The notes: generated from the sequence alone by a model not told the origin. A stretch of DNA of 64,000 nt from Candidatus Dormibacteria bacterium (GCA_050734425.1 JBOHUL010000046.1:72-64071); one strand, 5' to 3'; counted from the first letter of the stretch, positions 17,339 through 27,144 are shown. Program-made: numbers and translations.

Positions 17339-17756
17339 GACTTGACTAAGACACTGAGGTGGGACCCAGAGGCGGCAGGCGTCAGGCGGGCCTCATCGCC
17401 GCCACCGCCTCGCTGGGGCCGCGCCGGCGTCGTCCTTGACCGCCTGCCAACCATTGGCGGTAGCGGCAGCAGCGAGTTCGGCCATCAGCCCTGATACAGC
17501 AGTGCGCGGCACCCCGACCTCCTTGGATGGTGGTGGTCAGGGGCCATCAGCTCCGTGGGAGCGCTGCGGGTTCCGGTGACACCGTGGCGAGCCCCATCGC
17601 CAGGATCGGACTATAGCAGGCCACGTTGAAAGGTAGAAGTGAAGGCGGCTGGTATGCTGACCACGTCCCGCCTCCGCGGGTCGGCGATGGGTCTCGCCGC
17701 CTTCCGGCCACTCGGCCTGATGGGCCCTGTTTCCCCTCCCCAGAGGCGGGTATGCG
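17339..17756. promoter_or_regulatory. Divergent intergenic region between the MutS2-like operon and the dynamin-like GTPase gene. Expected to carry both promoters.
   Basis: 418 nt non-coding. Contains TTGAAA(21 nt)TATGCT near 17605-17640, and a GAGGCGGG RBS before the 17757 ATG. Nothing in it is coding. Confidence 0.3.
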
Positions 17757-19496
17757 ATGACCCGAAGTGGTCTCCTAGAGGCGCTCCGCGGCCTGGCCAC
17801 CCTCGATGTCCTGCGAGACGACCAGCGGCGACTCGCAGCCGAGTCCGGAAAGAAGCTCGAGGACCAGGTTGTCTACGTCGCCGTGATCGGCGAGTTCAAG
17901 CGTGGTAAGAGCAGCCTGATCAACGCGCTGGTCGGAGGCGCACTCCTCCCGACCGGCGTGATCCCGGTGACGGCAGCTCCAACTCTCGTCCAGTACGGTG
18001 AGGCTGCCCGCGCCACCGTCAGGTACCTGGACGACCGTGAGCAAGCTGTCTCGCTGTCCGAGCTGGCCGACTTCATCACTGAACTGGGCAACCCCGGCAA
18101 TCGTCGGCGGGTGCGAGAGGCCGTGGTCCAGTACCCGGCGCCGCTGCTCCGCACAGGGCTGGTGCTTGCCGATACCCCTGGCACGGGCAGCCTCCACGCC
18201 AGCAACACCGAGATGACGTCGAGCTTCATGCCCCGGGTCGACGTTGCCCTGCTGGTATTGACCGTCGACGCCCCGCTCTCCAGCGCCGAGGCCAACCTGC
18301 TGGCTGCCGCGGGGCGAACCGTGGCCCGCGCCGCGGTGTGCTTGAACAAGGTAGATCTCCTCACCCCCCAAGAGCTGGAGGACGCCGTGGGGTTCGTGAC
18401 CGAAAGGGTGGCGGCGGTCCACGCCAATCCGCCGATTCCGGTATTCCCCATCTCGACTCGCCGGAGCGGGGATGCCGCCGCCAGCGGTCTCGAGTCGGTG
18501 CATCGCTTCCTTCACGGCATCGCCCTGGGAGAGCGCGGCGTCGTGGTCCACAGGCGCGCCCGCCGGGTTGCCGAGGATCTGCTCCAGGTCGCCGACGCCG
18601 CGGTCCGCCTGGAACGCGCGGCCGCCTGCCAGCCCGCCGAGAGTGCGGACGCGGCCCGGCGAGCCTTCAGCCTGGCCCGCTCCGAGCTCGAACGTGGCGC
18701 CACCGAAGCGGTCGACCTAGTGCTGGCCGCCTGCCGTCGGACCGAGGGGGAAGTGGTCAGACCGCGCGCGGACGCGCTCCGCAGCTCCCACCGGGGTCAG
18801 CTCCTGGCCAGCCCCGATGAGGAGTGGTCGGAGCTCTCCGAGCAGGCTGCATCCACCTGGATGGCCACGGTGGAATCGGAGCTGTCGGAGCGGATCGCGG
18901 CGGCCCTTGCCAGCCACGGTGACCGCCTTCAGCAGCGGCTGGAGGACTTCGTCCGCCGGGCGGGAGAGGCGTTCGACGTGGCGCTGCCCCCTCCTCCTGA
19001 TATCCGCCAGCAGTTGCGCATGCCCCGAGTCCGGATCGAGACCGCAGAGGTGCCGGGGGCGCTGGCGATGGGTGTTCGCCAGGCCCGCGCACTCCTCCCC
19101 GGGCGCCTGGGGACGCGTTGGCGAGAAGCCGCCCGACAGCGCCAGGCCGGGGAGGACGCCGACCGGCTGGCGGGACGCGTGAGCTTCGCCGCACTCAAGG
19201 CCGTGGATCGCGCAGGCCGAGACTGGGCCGTGCAGGTTGAATCCGGGTGGAGGTCACTGAGCGACGCGATGGCGGCGGCGGTCACGCGGGCCGAGCGGGC
19301 GGCTGGGGATGCCGTCGAGAGCCCCTCCCTGGCAGTCGCTACCAGAAGCTTGAGCGCCATCCGGTCACGCCTGGGTGAGACGTCTCCGTCGGGGTCGGAG
19401 GGGCGCCAGACCCTGGCGGCGATCCGGACCGTGCAGCAGGAGCCCTCCCGCCCGAGGACGGCGCCGACCGGGGGCACTGGCAGGGCCGTGAAGTAG
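17757..19496 (+). CDS. Bacterial dynamin-like protein (large GTPase, IniA/LeoA/DynA superfamily)
   Basis: 579 aa. G1 GEFKRGKSSLINAL, G3 LADTPGTGS, G4 LNKVDLL, followed by a long helical stalk region. Confidence 0.8.
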   Translation: MTRSGLLEALRGLATLDVLRDDQRRLAAESGKKLEDQVVYVAVIGEFKRGKSSLINALVGGALLPTGVIPVTAAPTLVQYGEAARATVRYLDDREQAVSLSELADFITELGNPGNRRRVREAVVQYPAPLLRTGLVLADTPGTGSLHASNTEMTSSFMPRVDVALLVLTVDAPLSSAEANLLAAAGRTVARAAVCLNKVDLLTPQELEDAVGFVTERVAAVHANPPIPVFPISTRRSGDAAASGLESVHRFLHGIALGERGVVVHRRARRVAEDLLQVADAAVRLERAAACQPAESADAARRAFSLARSELERGATEAVDLVLAACRRTEGEVVRPRADALRSSHRGQLLASPDEEWSELSEQAASTWMATVESELSERIAAALASHGDRLQQRLEDFVRRAGEAFDVALPPPPDIRQQLRMPRVRIETAEVPGALAMGVRQARALLPGRLGTRWREAARQRQAGEDADRLAGRVSFAALKAVDRAGRDWAVQVESGWRSLSDAMAAAVTRAERAAGDAVESPSLAVATRSLSAIRSRLGETSPSGSEGRQTLAAIRTVQQEPSRPRTAPTGGTGRAVK

Positions 19497-19769
19497 ATCC
19501 TCGGCGTCCACTGGTCGCGGTCAAGGCGGACCAGATGATGCTCGCGTCGACCTACGCTTTGGAGCAGGCTCCGGCGCTGAAGCTCGCTGCCCAGTCCGTC
19601 CCCAACGACGTGCCCAAGCTTTATTGCTGTGCGACGTGAGTACGCGGAGGCAGGGCCCGGTGCGTGAGCCTGCCCGCGGCTGGGTCGGTGGGCGCATTGC
19701 CGGACCCTTGGTCCGGGGCGGGCCGTTCCCAACCGGACAGGTCGCGGACGGCGTACGACAATTTGCGAG

Positions 19770-20351
19770 ATGGGTCGAGTCAGGATGGTCTTCGGAGTGG
19801 CGCTTGGAGCAGCAGCCGCTGCGAGCGGGGCCGCGTTGGTAGTGCGCGGCGACCTCGCCGTCGACCTTGGCTGGGGGCGGCGAATGCGGCCGCTTGGCCC
19901 CCTGTTCGTGGATATCGCAGCGCCGCGGCAGGCGGTCTTCGAGGTGGTATCCGCGCCATATCTGAAACGCACGCCCCGTGCGCTGGCTCCCAAGCTCAGG
20001 GTACTCGAACGCGGGAGGGACATGGTGCTGGCGGCCCACTACACCCCGGCGGCCGCGGGGCTGGTGGCGACGACGGTGGAGACCGTGCGCTTCACACCCC
20101 CAGAGCGGGTCGACTTCCGCTTGGTCCGAGGACCCGTCCCGTACGTCGAGGAGGCCTTCCTTCTCAGCGAGCTGGAGTCGGGCACGCGGCTCGAGTACCG
20201 CGGTGAGCTCGGCACCGACCTCTGGGCCTTCGGTCGTTGGTGGGGTCGACTGGTCGCGCGCCGCTGGGAAACCGTCGTGGCGAACTCGCTCGAGAGCATC
20301 CGAACCGAGGCCGAGCGCCGGGGCGGTCAGGTCGGCGCGCATCGCGCCTGA
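19770..20351 (+). CDS. SRPBCC family protein (polyketide cyclase/dehydrase-like, Polyketide_cyc2)
   Basis: 193 aa. Hydrophobic N-terminus then START/Bet v1-like fold pattern (…VVSAPYLKRTPRALAPKLRVLERG…VRFTPPERVDFRLVRGPVPYVEEAFLLSELESGTRLEYRGELG…). Confidence 0.6.
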   Translation: MGRVRMVFGVALGAAAAASGAALVVRGDLAVDLGWGRRMRPLGPLFVDIAAPRQAVFEVVSAPYLKRTPRALAPKLRVLERGRDMVLAAHYTPAAAGLVATTVETVRFTPPERVDFRLVRGPVPYVEEAFLLSELESGTRLEYRGELGTDLWAFGRWWGRLVARRWETVVANSLESIRTEAERRGGQVGAHRA

Positions 20352-20367
20352 TGGGGCGCCGGTGAGC

Positions 20368-22011
20368 TCAGGCCAAATCGTTTGGTGCTGCAACTCGCGA
20401 CTGGCGTGGTCGGCGGGCATCCCAGACGCCCTCGATTCCCGCCCGCGCTAGCTCCACCCGCCGCACCCTGGTGGAGGGGGTGGTCGGCAGAGCCGAACGC
20501 ACGTCGATATAGCGCGGGACCATGAACCCCGGCAGTCGGCGCCCAAGACTGGCATGGAGTGCGCCGGGGTCGAGCTGCTCCCCGTTGCGGCCCACGACGC
20601 ACAGCTTGATCTCCTCCTCCACCCCGCGATCGTCGGGGACGCCAACCGCGGCCGCCTGCACCACAGCGGGATCGGCGAGCGCGGCACGCTCCACCGTCCC
20701 TGCTGGGATCAGCTCCCCGCGGCGGCGAATCGCCTCACGGAGTCGGCCCACGAAGACGTAGGCGCCGTCCGGCTCCTGGCGCATGAGATCGCCGGTGCGA
20801 TACCAACCGTCCGGTGTCCACGGCGGCGCTCCCTCGCCGTCGCGCAGGTAGCCTTCGAACATGACATGAGGCGAGGTTGGGCGCATCCACAGCTCGCCGA
20901 CCGCGCCCACAGCCACCTTGGCGCCCTCCTCAACGGAGGCCAGCCGGGCGACGAAGCGGGGGCTCGGGACCCCCAAGGTTCCGGGCCGCTGAGGCAGCCG
21001 CTCGGGCCGCATCCAGCAGGAGGCGGTCTCGGTCTGTCCCCAGGTCTCCACGATGGTGACCCTGAAGCGACGCTCGATCTCGCGCCAGCTGGCGGCAGGG
21101 GTGGCGGCTCCGACGATCCGGCGCACCGGGTTGTCACCGTCGTCGGGCCGATTGGGTCGGCCAGCGAGCACTGCCAAGATCGTGCCGACGAAGGTGAATC
21201 CGACGGCCCCGACCGCTCGGACCCGGCCCCAGAAGGTCAGTGGGCGGAATCCCAAGTCCACGGTCACCTGGCCGCCGCGCCAGAGCGCTGCCATCACGGT
21301 GCCCTGGGCGGTGACGTGGGACAGCGGCAGGCAGGTGTAGAGCATCTCCCCTTCGGCGATGGGGAGGAGCTCGTCCCCGTAGGCACGCGTCCACACCGCC
21401 TCGCACTGCCGACTCCACAAGGCGCCCTTCGGCGTCCCTGTGGTCCCCGAGGTGTACAGCAGCTTGCTCAGGGCACCCGGCTCCTCGCGGGTCCGCCGCT
21501 CCTCCCACCGCGGGCTGCGGCTGACCAGCTGGTCGAAGGACAGCGTGCCTGACGGCACCGGGCCGCCGAAGACGATCAGCCTCGCCAGTGCTGGCAGTTG
21601 TGGGCGCAGGGCCGCGACCCGGGCGCAACGCACAGGGTCGCAGAGGATGAGCCGCGCATTCGAGTGGCGCAGAACGTCCGCCAACGACTCTCCGCTGAGC
21701 AGGCTGTTGACTGGCGCGAAGATGGCGCCGAGCCGAGCGCAGGCGAACCAGGCCACGACCACCGCTGCGAGATTGCCGCTGAGCACTGGGACCAGGTCGC
21801 CGGGCCCAACCCCAAGCGAGCGCAGTAGCCCAGCGGTCCGGCCGGCGAGCTCGTCGAGCTCGCGGTAGGTGAGGCGGGCGTCGGGGCAGTTCAGGAACGG
21901 GCGATCCCCAAGTCGGGCCGCCTGGCGCTCCAGCACCGCGCCGACGCCGAGGCCGCTCCGAGGTGGTGCACTGGTCGGAGAAGGCAGGCCCCGCCGGGCT
22001 CTGTCGCTCAC
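20368..22011 (-). CDS. AMP-dependent synthetase/ligase (acyl-CoA synthetase, class I adenylate-forming)
   Basis: Track ORF 20368..22251. I prefer the GTG at 22011 (548 aa), placed 2 nt after the upstream permease stop, with GGAG 13 nt upstream. AMP-binding motif LLYTSGTTGTPKGA. Motifs TWGQTE and YRTGDL…GRLRE. An alternative GTG at 21936 is possible. Confidence 0.8.
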   Translation of the reverse strand: MSDRARRGLPSPTSAPPRSGLGVGAVLERQAARLGDRPFLNCPDARLTYRELDELAGRTAGLLRSLGVGPGDLVPVLSGNLAAVVVAWFACARLGAIFAPVNSLLSGESLADVLRHSNARLILCDPVRCARVAALRPQLPALARLIVFGGPVPSGTLSFDQLVSRSPRWEERRTREEPGALSKLLYTSGTTGTPKGALWSRQCEAVWTRAYGDELLPIAEGEMLYTCLPLSHVTAQGTVMAALWRGGQVTVDLGFRPLTFWGRVRAVGAVGFTFVGTILAVLAGRPNRPDDGDNPVRRIVGAATPAASWREIERRFRVTIVETWGQTETASCWMRPERLPQRPGTLGVPSPRFVARLASVEEGAKVAVGAVGELWMRPTSPHVMFEGYLRDGEGAPPWTPDGWYRTGDLMRQEPDGAYVFVGRLREAIRRRGELIPAGTVERAALADPAVVQAAAVGVPDDRGVEEEIKLCVVGRNGEQLDPGALHASLGRRLPGFMVPRYIDVRSALPTTPSTRVRRVELARAGIEGVWDARRPRQSRVAAPNDLA

Positions 22012-22013
22012 CG

Positions 22014-23498
22014 TCAGCTCGGCTCCGTGGTCACGAGGGCGGCCCGCGCGAGACGCCTTCGGAGGCTCGGAAGCAACGCCACCATCAGGACCGCGACCAG
22101 GACCGTGACGGCGGTGAGCAGGATGAGGAGGTTGAAGGGGAAGGCAGGAATCGGGAGGATGGTGCTCTTCAGGATGTATCCAAGGATCAACGCGCCGGCG
22201 ACCAGCACCACCAGGTGAAGCGGATGGCGCCGTCCGGACCGGATCGACCATGCCAGCGCGGCGATCACCGTGAGGAGGTAGGCAACGATGATCAGGTCGG
22301 CGCCGTAGGTGGCGAGGTCGAAGAAGGCGCTTAGGGGGTCACCCCCGATCAGGGGCAGGAAGGCGACCAGGGAGAGGACGGCCACCACTCCCAAGGCGCC
22401 CACCGGAGACTGATGCCGGGAGGTGACCCGGGTCAGCCCGTGCGGACCAAGGTGGTCCCGGCCCATGGCGTATAGAAGGCGCGTGGCGCCGTTGACACAC
22501 GCGAGCTGGGCGCCAAAGCCGCTGACGAGGGCGGCGACCAGGATCAGGCTGCCCATGGCCGGCGACACGTACGCCTGGGCCACGGTGACCAGCGGGACGC
22601 CATGGTCGGCGGCGGCGGCGAGCACCGCGGGAGAGCGGAATGCCACCGTCTCCACCCAGGCCATCAACGTATACACACCCCCGGAGAAGAGCAGCGCCCC
22701 CACCATCGCGGCCGGGACGACCCGCCGGGGCAGGCTCGCCTCCTCGCCCAGGGTGGCCGCCACCTCGAAGCCCGAGAACCCGGTGAAGGCGAAGACGACC
22801 CCTAGTCCGATGGTGGCGACGCCGAGGCCACCCGGGGTGAAGGGTGTGGCCGACAGGCTATGGCCGCGGTAGCCGCCGTGGACGATGACGGCGGCGGCCA
22901 CCAAGGCGACCAGCACCAGGGCCAGCCCCTCGGCAATCAGGATGACCGTCGACGACAGCCGGATGGAGCGATAGGCCAGTCCAATCGTCAGCGCCCAGAG
23001 AAGGACGGCGAGCACTACCCAGTGCCCTGACACCCACGTGAACAGGCCCGGGTCCACGCGGAGGCTGGCATCGGTGGCGAGGACCCGGAGGGCGTTCGCG
23101 TTGCTGGCGTAGACCGCGGCCGCATAGGCGATGTAGACGCCGAGGAGTAGCCAGACCGAGATGAACCCGTAGGCGGGGCCCAGAGAGCGCCCGTTGAAGG
23201 CATAGACGGACCCCGCCGAGTTGAAGGCCCGCGTGAACGTCACGAAGGCGTACGCGACGAACAGCATCGCCACCATGGCCGCCAGGAAGCTCAGGGGACC
23301 GGCCGCCCCGACAATCCCGGCCATCAGGGCCGGGAGGAAGCTGACGCCTCCCACCGGAGCCTGGATGCCGACCGCATTGGCCACTGTCCCGAGAAAGCGC
23401 AGGCTGTCCTGGCGCAGTCCGGGAAGGCGTGGCGACACCACTCCGGCATGGCCCGGGACGGCGGGTAGCGCCCCGTCGGGAGGGCCGAGACCGCTCAT
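22014..23498 (-). CDS. APC-superfamily amino acid permease
   Basis: 494 aa, about 12 TM helices, typical APC composition (…FTGFSGFEVAATLGEE…). Immediately upstream of, and co-oriented with, the acyl-CoA ligase. Confidence 0.75.
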   Translation of the reverse strand: MSGLGPPDGALPAVPGHAGVVSPRLPGLRQDSLRFLGTVANAVGIQAPVGGVSFLPALMAGIVGAAGPLSFLAAMVAMLFVAYAFVTFTRAFNSAGSVYAFNGRSLGPAYGFISVWLLLGVYIAYAAAVYASNANALRVLATDASLRVDPGLFTWVSGHWVVLAVLLWALTIGLAYRSIRLSSTVILIAEGLALVLVALVAAAVIVHGGYRGHSLSATPFTPGGLGVATIGLGVVFAFTGFSGFEVAATLGEEASLPRRVVPAAMVGALLFSGGVYTLMAWVETVAFRSPAVLAAAADHGVPLVTVAQAYVSPAMGSLILVAALVSGFGAQLACVNGATRLLYAMGRDHLGPHGLTRVTSRHQSPVGALGVVAVLSLVAFLPLIGGDPLSAFFDLATYGADLIIVAYLLTVIAALAWSIRSGRRHPLHLVVLVAGALILGYILKSTILPIPAFPFNLLILLTAVTVLVAVLMVALLPSLRRRLARAALVTTEPS

Positions 23499-23810
23499 CT
23501 GATGTCTCGGACATGCGGCGTGAGCGGGGTCGACGGGGGGGCGCAGCCGGTCATGTCACCAGATCTCAGGCGCCGTGGTCAGTGATCGCGGTCACAGACG
23601 AGGGCTCCCCGCCACCTATCAGAGCAGGTCCCGCGCGCTCGCCTGACGGCCAGTGAGCGGCCCTAGGCCGACCCTGGTTTTGCTCACATTGTTCTCAGCC
23701 CCCCGCGGATGTCCGATTGCCACCCTAGGGTCGGCATCGACCAGGGGGAGTAGGGCGTCTGCTGGGGAGCACATGTCAGTAATTTGATCTCGAACTCGAG
23801 CCGCCGGTGG

Positions 23811-25199
23811 CTAGGGGCGCCACACCGTCTGGATGTTGGCGAACTCCCGGATTCCGAAATGGTGGAGTTCGCGCCCGTAGCCGCTGCGCTTGACCCCGCC
23901 GAACGGAGCCCTGGGGTCCGAGTGGGTCATGCCGTTGATGAATACCCCGCCGGTGTCCAGCTCCCGGGCCAGCCGCAGCCCCCGCTCCTCATCGCCGGTC
24001 CAGAGGTTCCCCCCCAGGCCGTAGCGCTCGTGGTTGGCGAGTCGCAGCCCCTCCTCCTCGCCCCGGAAGGTGGTCACCGCCGCCACAGGGCCGAAGGTCT
24101 CCTCGTCGAAGGCTGGCATGCCCGGGCGCACCCCCAGGAGCACGGTCGGGGAATAGAAGTAGCCCCGGCCAGTGTCGACCTCGCCCCCCAGCGTCCGCTG
24201 CGCCCCGGCCTGGACCGTGCGCTGCACCTGCTGGTGGAGCGTCTGGCGCAGGTCCTCGCGGGCCAGAGGGCCGAGGCGGGTGTCCGCCTCCAGAGGATCG
24301 CCCACCTTGAGCCCCTGGACCAGCTCCAGGAACCGTTCCAGGAAGGGTTGGGCGATCTCCTCCGCCAACAGGAAGCGCTTGGCGGCGATGCAGCTCTGGC
24401 CGCAGTTCTGGAATCGGGAGGCGACGCCCACCTGGGCGGCCCGCTCCAGGTCGGCGTCGGGGAAGACCAAAAAGAAGTCGGACCCGCCCAGCTCCATTAC
24501 CGTCTTCTTGACGGCCCGGCCCGCCGCCTGGGCCACCTGGCTGCCGGCGCGGTCGCTCCCGGTCAGGGTCACCGCCCGGATGCGGCGGTCGGCGATCAGC
24601 CCCTCTATCGGCTCGGTGCCGGTGAGGATGACGCCGAGGCTGCCCTCGGGGAAGCCGGCCTCGTCCACCAGCGCTCCCAGGGCCAGGGCGCTGCCGAAGC
24701 AGTTGGGAGCGTGCTTGAGCAGGGCCGAGTTACCGGCCATCAGGGCCGGGGCCAAAAAGCGGATCACCTGCCAGAGCGGGTAGTTCCAGGGCATGATCGC
24801 CAGCACCACCCCCAGGGGGCGGAAGGCGACCAGGCTCCGGGGCGAGTCAGAGGGGGTGGGCTGGTCCGCCAGGAAGCTTGGCCCCTGATGGGCGAAGTAC
24901 TCGCAGCCGGTGACGCACTTGTCGACTTCGGCCTGGGCTTCGCCCAGTGGCTTGCCCATCTCCCTGGTCATGCGCTGCGCCAGGCTCTCACGCTCACGGC
25001 GAAGGAGCGCTCCCAGGGCCAGCAGCTGCTGGGAGCGGCGCTCCAGCGGCTGCTGGCGGTTGGCCCGAAAGGCCCGTTCGGCCAGGGCCAGGCGTCCCTC
25101 GACCTCGTCCGGAGTCATCTCGGCGTACTCCGCGACCACCGCCTCCGTTGCGGGGTTGATCGAGCGGAAGACCCGGGTCCTACCCGGCTGCTGGTTCAG
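23811..25199 (-). CDS. NAD(P)-dependent succinate-semialdehyde dehydrogenase (ALDH superfamily). 5' end extended to a putative CTG start.
   Basis: The track ORF starts at GTG 25139 (MVAEYAEMTPDE…). The in-frame upstream sequence encodes …RTRVFRSINPATEAVVAEY, i.e. the conserved SSADH N-terminus (…TINPATGE…). It is bounded by a TAG at 25236-25238 and contains no ATG/GTG/TTG. There is a CTG at 25199-25197 with AAGGGAG 8 nt upstream, overlapping the upstream TGA. Catalytic Cys (QNCGQSCIAAKR) and Glu (ELGG) are present. The conservative alternative end is 25139. Confidence 0.8.
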   Translation of the reverse strand: MNQQPGRTRVFRSINPATEAVVAEYAEMTPDEVEGRLALAERAFRANRQQPLERRSQQLLALGALLRRERESLAQRMTREMGKPLGEAQAEVDKCVTGCEYFAHQGPSFLADQPTPSDSPRSLVAFRPLGVVLAIMPWNYPLWQVIRFLAPALMAGNSALLKHAPNCFGSALALGALVDEAGFPEGSLGVILTGTEPIEGLIADRRIRAVTLTGSDRAGSQVAQAAGRAVKKTVMELGGSDFFLVFPDADLERAAQVGVASRFQNCGQSCIAAKRFLLAEEIAQPFLERFLELVQGLKVGDPLEADTRLGPLAREDLRQTLHQQVQRTVQAGAQRTLGGEVDTGRGYFYSPTVLLGVRPGMPAFDEETFGPVAAVTTFRGEEEGLRLANHERYGLGGNLWTGDEERGLRLARELDTGGVFINGMTHSDPRAPFGGVKRSGYGRELHHFGIREFANIQTVWRP

Positions 25200-26263
25200 C
25201 GGCTCATCTCCCTTCTCGGCGGCTCGCTCCCCCTGCTAACGGTGTAGTACTCCACCAGAGAGTTTGACATCCGCCTCTGCAGCTCGCCCCGCTCCGCCAG
25301 CAGGTCCAGGTGGGCCGCGGTCTCGTTCACGGCCAGCATCTGGTTGAAGGGGTCGAGCTCGGAGAGGCGGCGCTCCCGCCTGGTCCAGGGGATGGCGGCC
25401 GCCACCGCCATGGCGCTCTGGCGTCCCGTCTCCACCGACTCCAGGCACAGCTGAAGTCGAGACCGGTGGTGCTCTAGGAGTTGGTCCACCCGGCCCGCCA
25501 GATCCGTGAAGACCGGTCCGTGGGCGGGAAGGACCACCCGCGCGGGCAGATCTCGAACCCTGGCCAGGGAGTCGAGGAAGTCGGCCAGGGGCCGTCCGGG
25601 GAGGGGTGCCTCCACCCCGATCGAGGGCGTTATCTGGGGCAGGACGTGGTCCCCGGCGAAGAGGGTTCCAGTCCCAGCGTCGAAGAGGCAGAGGTGGCCC
25701 CGGGTGTGGCCCGGGGTGGCCACCACCTCCAGGTCTCTGGCCCTCAGACGGAGCCGTCCCTGTCCGATGTAGAGGTCGGGGAGGGGTGAGAGCGGGTCGT
25801 CCCGTGGGGCTCGGCGCGCCTGCTCCTCCAGCAGCTGCACCACGGCCTTGGCGCCGTGGCTTGCTAGCCTCCGCCGGGTCCGCTCCCGGGAGCGGCCGGG
25901 GTCGGTGGCCCAGAGCTCAGCCGACTCGCGCTCCTCCAGCCCCAGGGTCACAACCGCCCCGCCCTCCTGGCGGATGAGGTCGGCCGCGCCCAAGTGGTCC
26001 CCGTGGACGTGGGTGACGAAGAGCAGCCGGACGCGATCGAGCCCACTCCCCACGCGTCGCAATGACTGGGTCAGGGCGGCGAAGCAGCTGGGCTCGGTCC
26101 AGCCACAGTCGACCAGGAGGTCGCCCCCCTCCTCCTGCCAGAGGTAGGCGTTCACCGCTCGCAAGGGATCGCCTGTGAGGGGCAGCGGAATCCGGAAGAG
26201 ACCATCCTCGAGCTGCTCGGGGCCGCTCTCGGCCCAGGCGAAGCGGCTCGCGGGACCAGTCAA
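25196..26263 (-). CDS. MBL-fold metallo-hydrolase
   Basis: 355 aa with the HxHxDH motif (VTHVHGDHLGAA) plus downstream His/Asp ligands (TPGHTRGH, FAGDH, PAHG). Confidence 0.8.
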   Translation of the reverse strand: MTGPASRFAWAESGPEQLEDGLFRIPLPLTGDPLRAVNAYLWQEEGGDLLVDCGWTEPSCFAALTQSLRRVGSGLDRVRLLFVTHVHGDHLGAADLIRQEGGAVVTLGLEERESAELWATDPGRSRERTRRRLASHGAKAVVQLLEEQARRAPRDDPLSPLPDLYIGQGRLRLRARDLEVVATPGHTRGHLCLFDAGTGTLFAGDHVLPQITPSIGVEAPLPGRPLADFLDSLARVRDLPARVVLPAHGPVFTDLAGRVDQLLEHHRSRLQLCLESVETGRQSAMAVAAAIPWTRRERRLSELDPFNQMLAVNETAAHLDLLAERGELQRRMSNSLVEYYTVSRGSEPPRREMSR

Positions 26264-27144
26264 GTGGTGGGGGTGACCGCGGCCGGACCGGGGACGTCCG
26301 CCCGGGGCTCCTGCTCCTCCGAGCTGCGGATGATGGCGGCGTTGACTTGGGCCAGGTCCAAGGAGCGGTGGGAGCGGATCTGGAGCTGGCAGGTGAGGAG
26401 TCCGTCGCCCTCGGTCGTCAGCCGCAGGGGCTTGAGGAAGACCTGCTCCCCCGGGCCCAGCTGGAGGGCGTGGGTCAGCTCCTCGTTGAGCCGCAGGAGC
26501 CGGGTCCGGGGTGGCAGCAGCAGCTCCATGTCCAGCTGGATGGGGACGTGGGCCACGGTCAGGGCCGAGGCCAAGGCGGCGCTGTTAGGGATTCGCACCA
26601 GCCGCCCGCCGACGTCCAGGGTGGTGTAGACGACCCCGATCTGGGTCACGACCCCGGAGAACTCGTAGCCGCCGAAGAGATAGGTGCGGAGGTGGACCCA
26701 GCTGCCCACTCCGAAGGGCCGGGCCATGAGCAGGACTATCCCGGCGAAGAGGCTGGCCAAGGACGTCTGGGCCGCGACTCCGACGACCACCCCGAGCACC
26801 GCCCCCGCCGCCAGGAACCCGCTCAGGTTGATGTTGAGGGCGGAGAGCAGGCCCAGCGCCAGGATGACGTAGAGGCACCAGGTGACTACCGGGCGCCAGT
26901 GGACCAGGTCCGTGCCCCGCAGCCCCCAGAAGCCCCAGCCGACGAAGGAGCGGATGGCGACCCCGCCCAGGATCACGGCCAGGATCAGGACCCCCAGCTG
27001 GATCTCGGTGCCGTAGCGCCTGGGGAACAGGGAGAGGATCTCCGGCCTGACGGTGAAGAGGGCCGCCAGCAGGATCAGGGCCAAAGCGGCGGCGATCCAG
27101 GAACCGCTGCGCTCCTGGGCCAGGGTGGGCCGGGGGGCGATCAC
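26260..27144 (-). CDS. Mechanosensitive ion channel (MscS family)
   Basis: 294 aa. N-terminal TM helices, conserved MscS pore helix and beta domain (…GVVVGVAAQTSLASLFAGIVLLMARPFGVGSWV…VTQIGVVYTTLDVGGRLVRIPNS…). Confidence 0.8.
   Translation of the reverse strand: MIAPRPTLAQERSGSWIAAALALILLAALFTVRPEILSLFPRRYGTEIQLGVLILAVILGGVAIRSFVGWGFWGLRGTDLVHWRPVVTWCLYVILALGLLSALNINLSGFLAAGAVLGVVVGVAAQTSLASLFAGIVLLMARPFGVGSWVHLRTYLFGGYEFSGVVTQIGVVYTTLDVGGRLVRIPNSAALASALTVAHVPIQLDMELLLPPRTRLLRLNEELTHALQLGPGEQVFLKPLRLTTEGDGLLTCQLQIRSHRSLDLAQVNAAIIRSSEEQEPRADVPGPAAVTPTT

Noticed and set aside
19521-20420. 299-aa minus-strand ORF overlapping the SRPBCC gene
   Set aside because: It overlaps the SRPBCC gene (19770-20351), which has a recognisable fold pattern, across its entire length. 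Its own product is low-complexity with no motifs.
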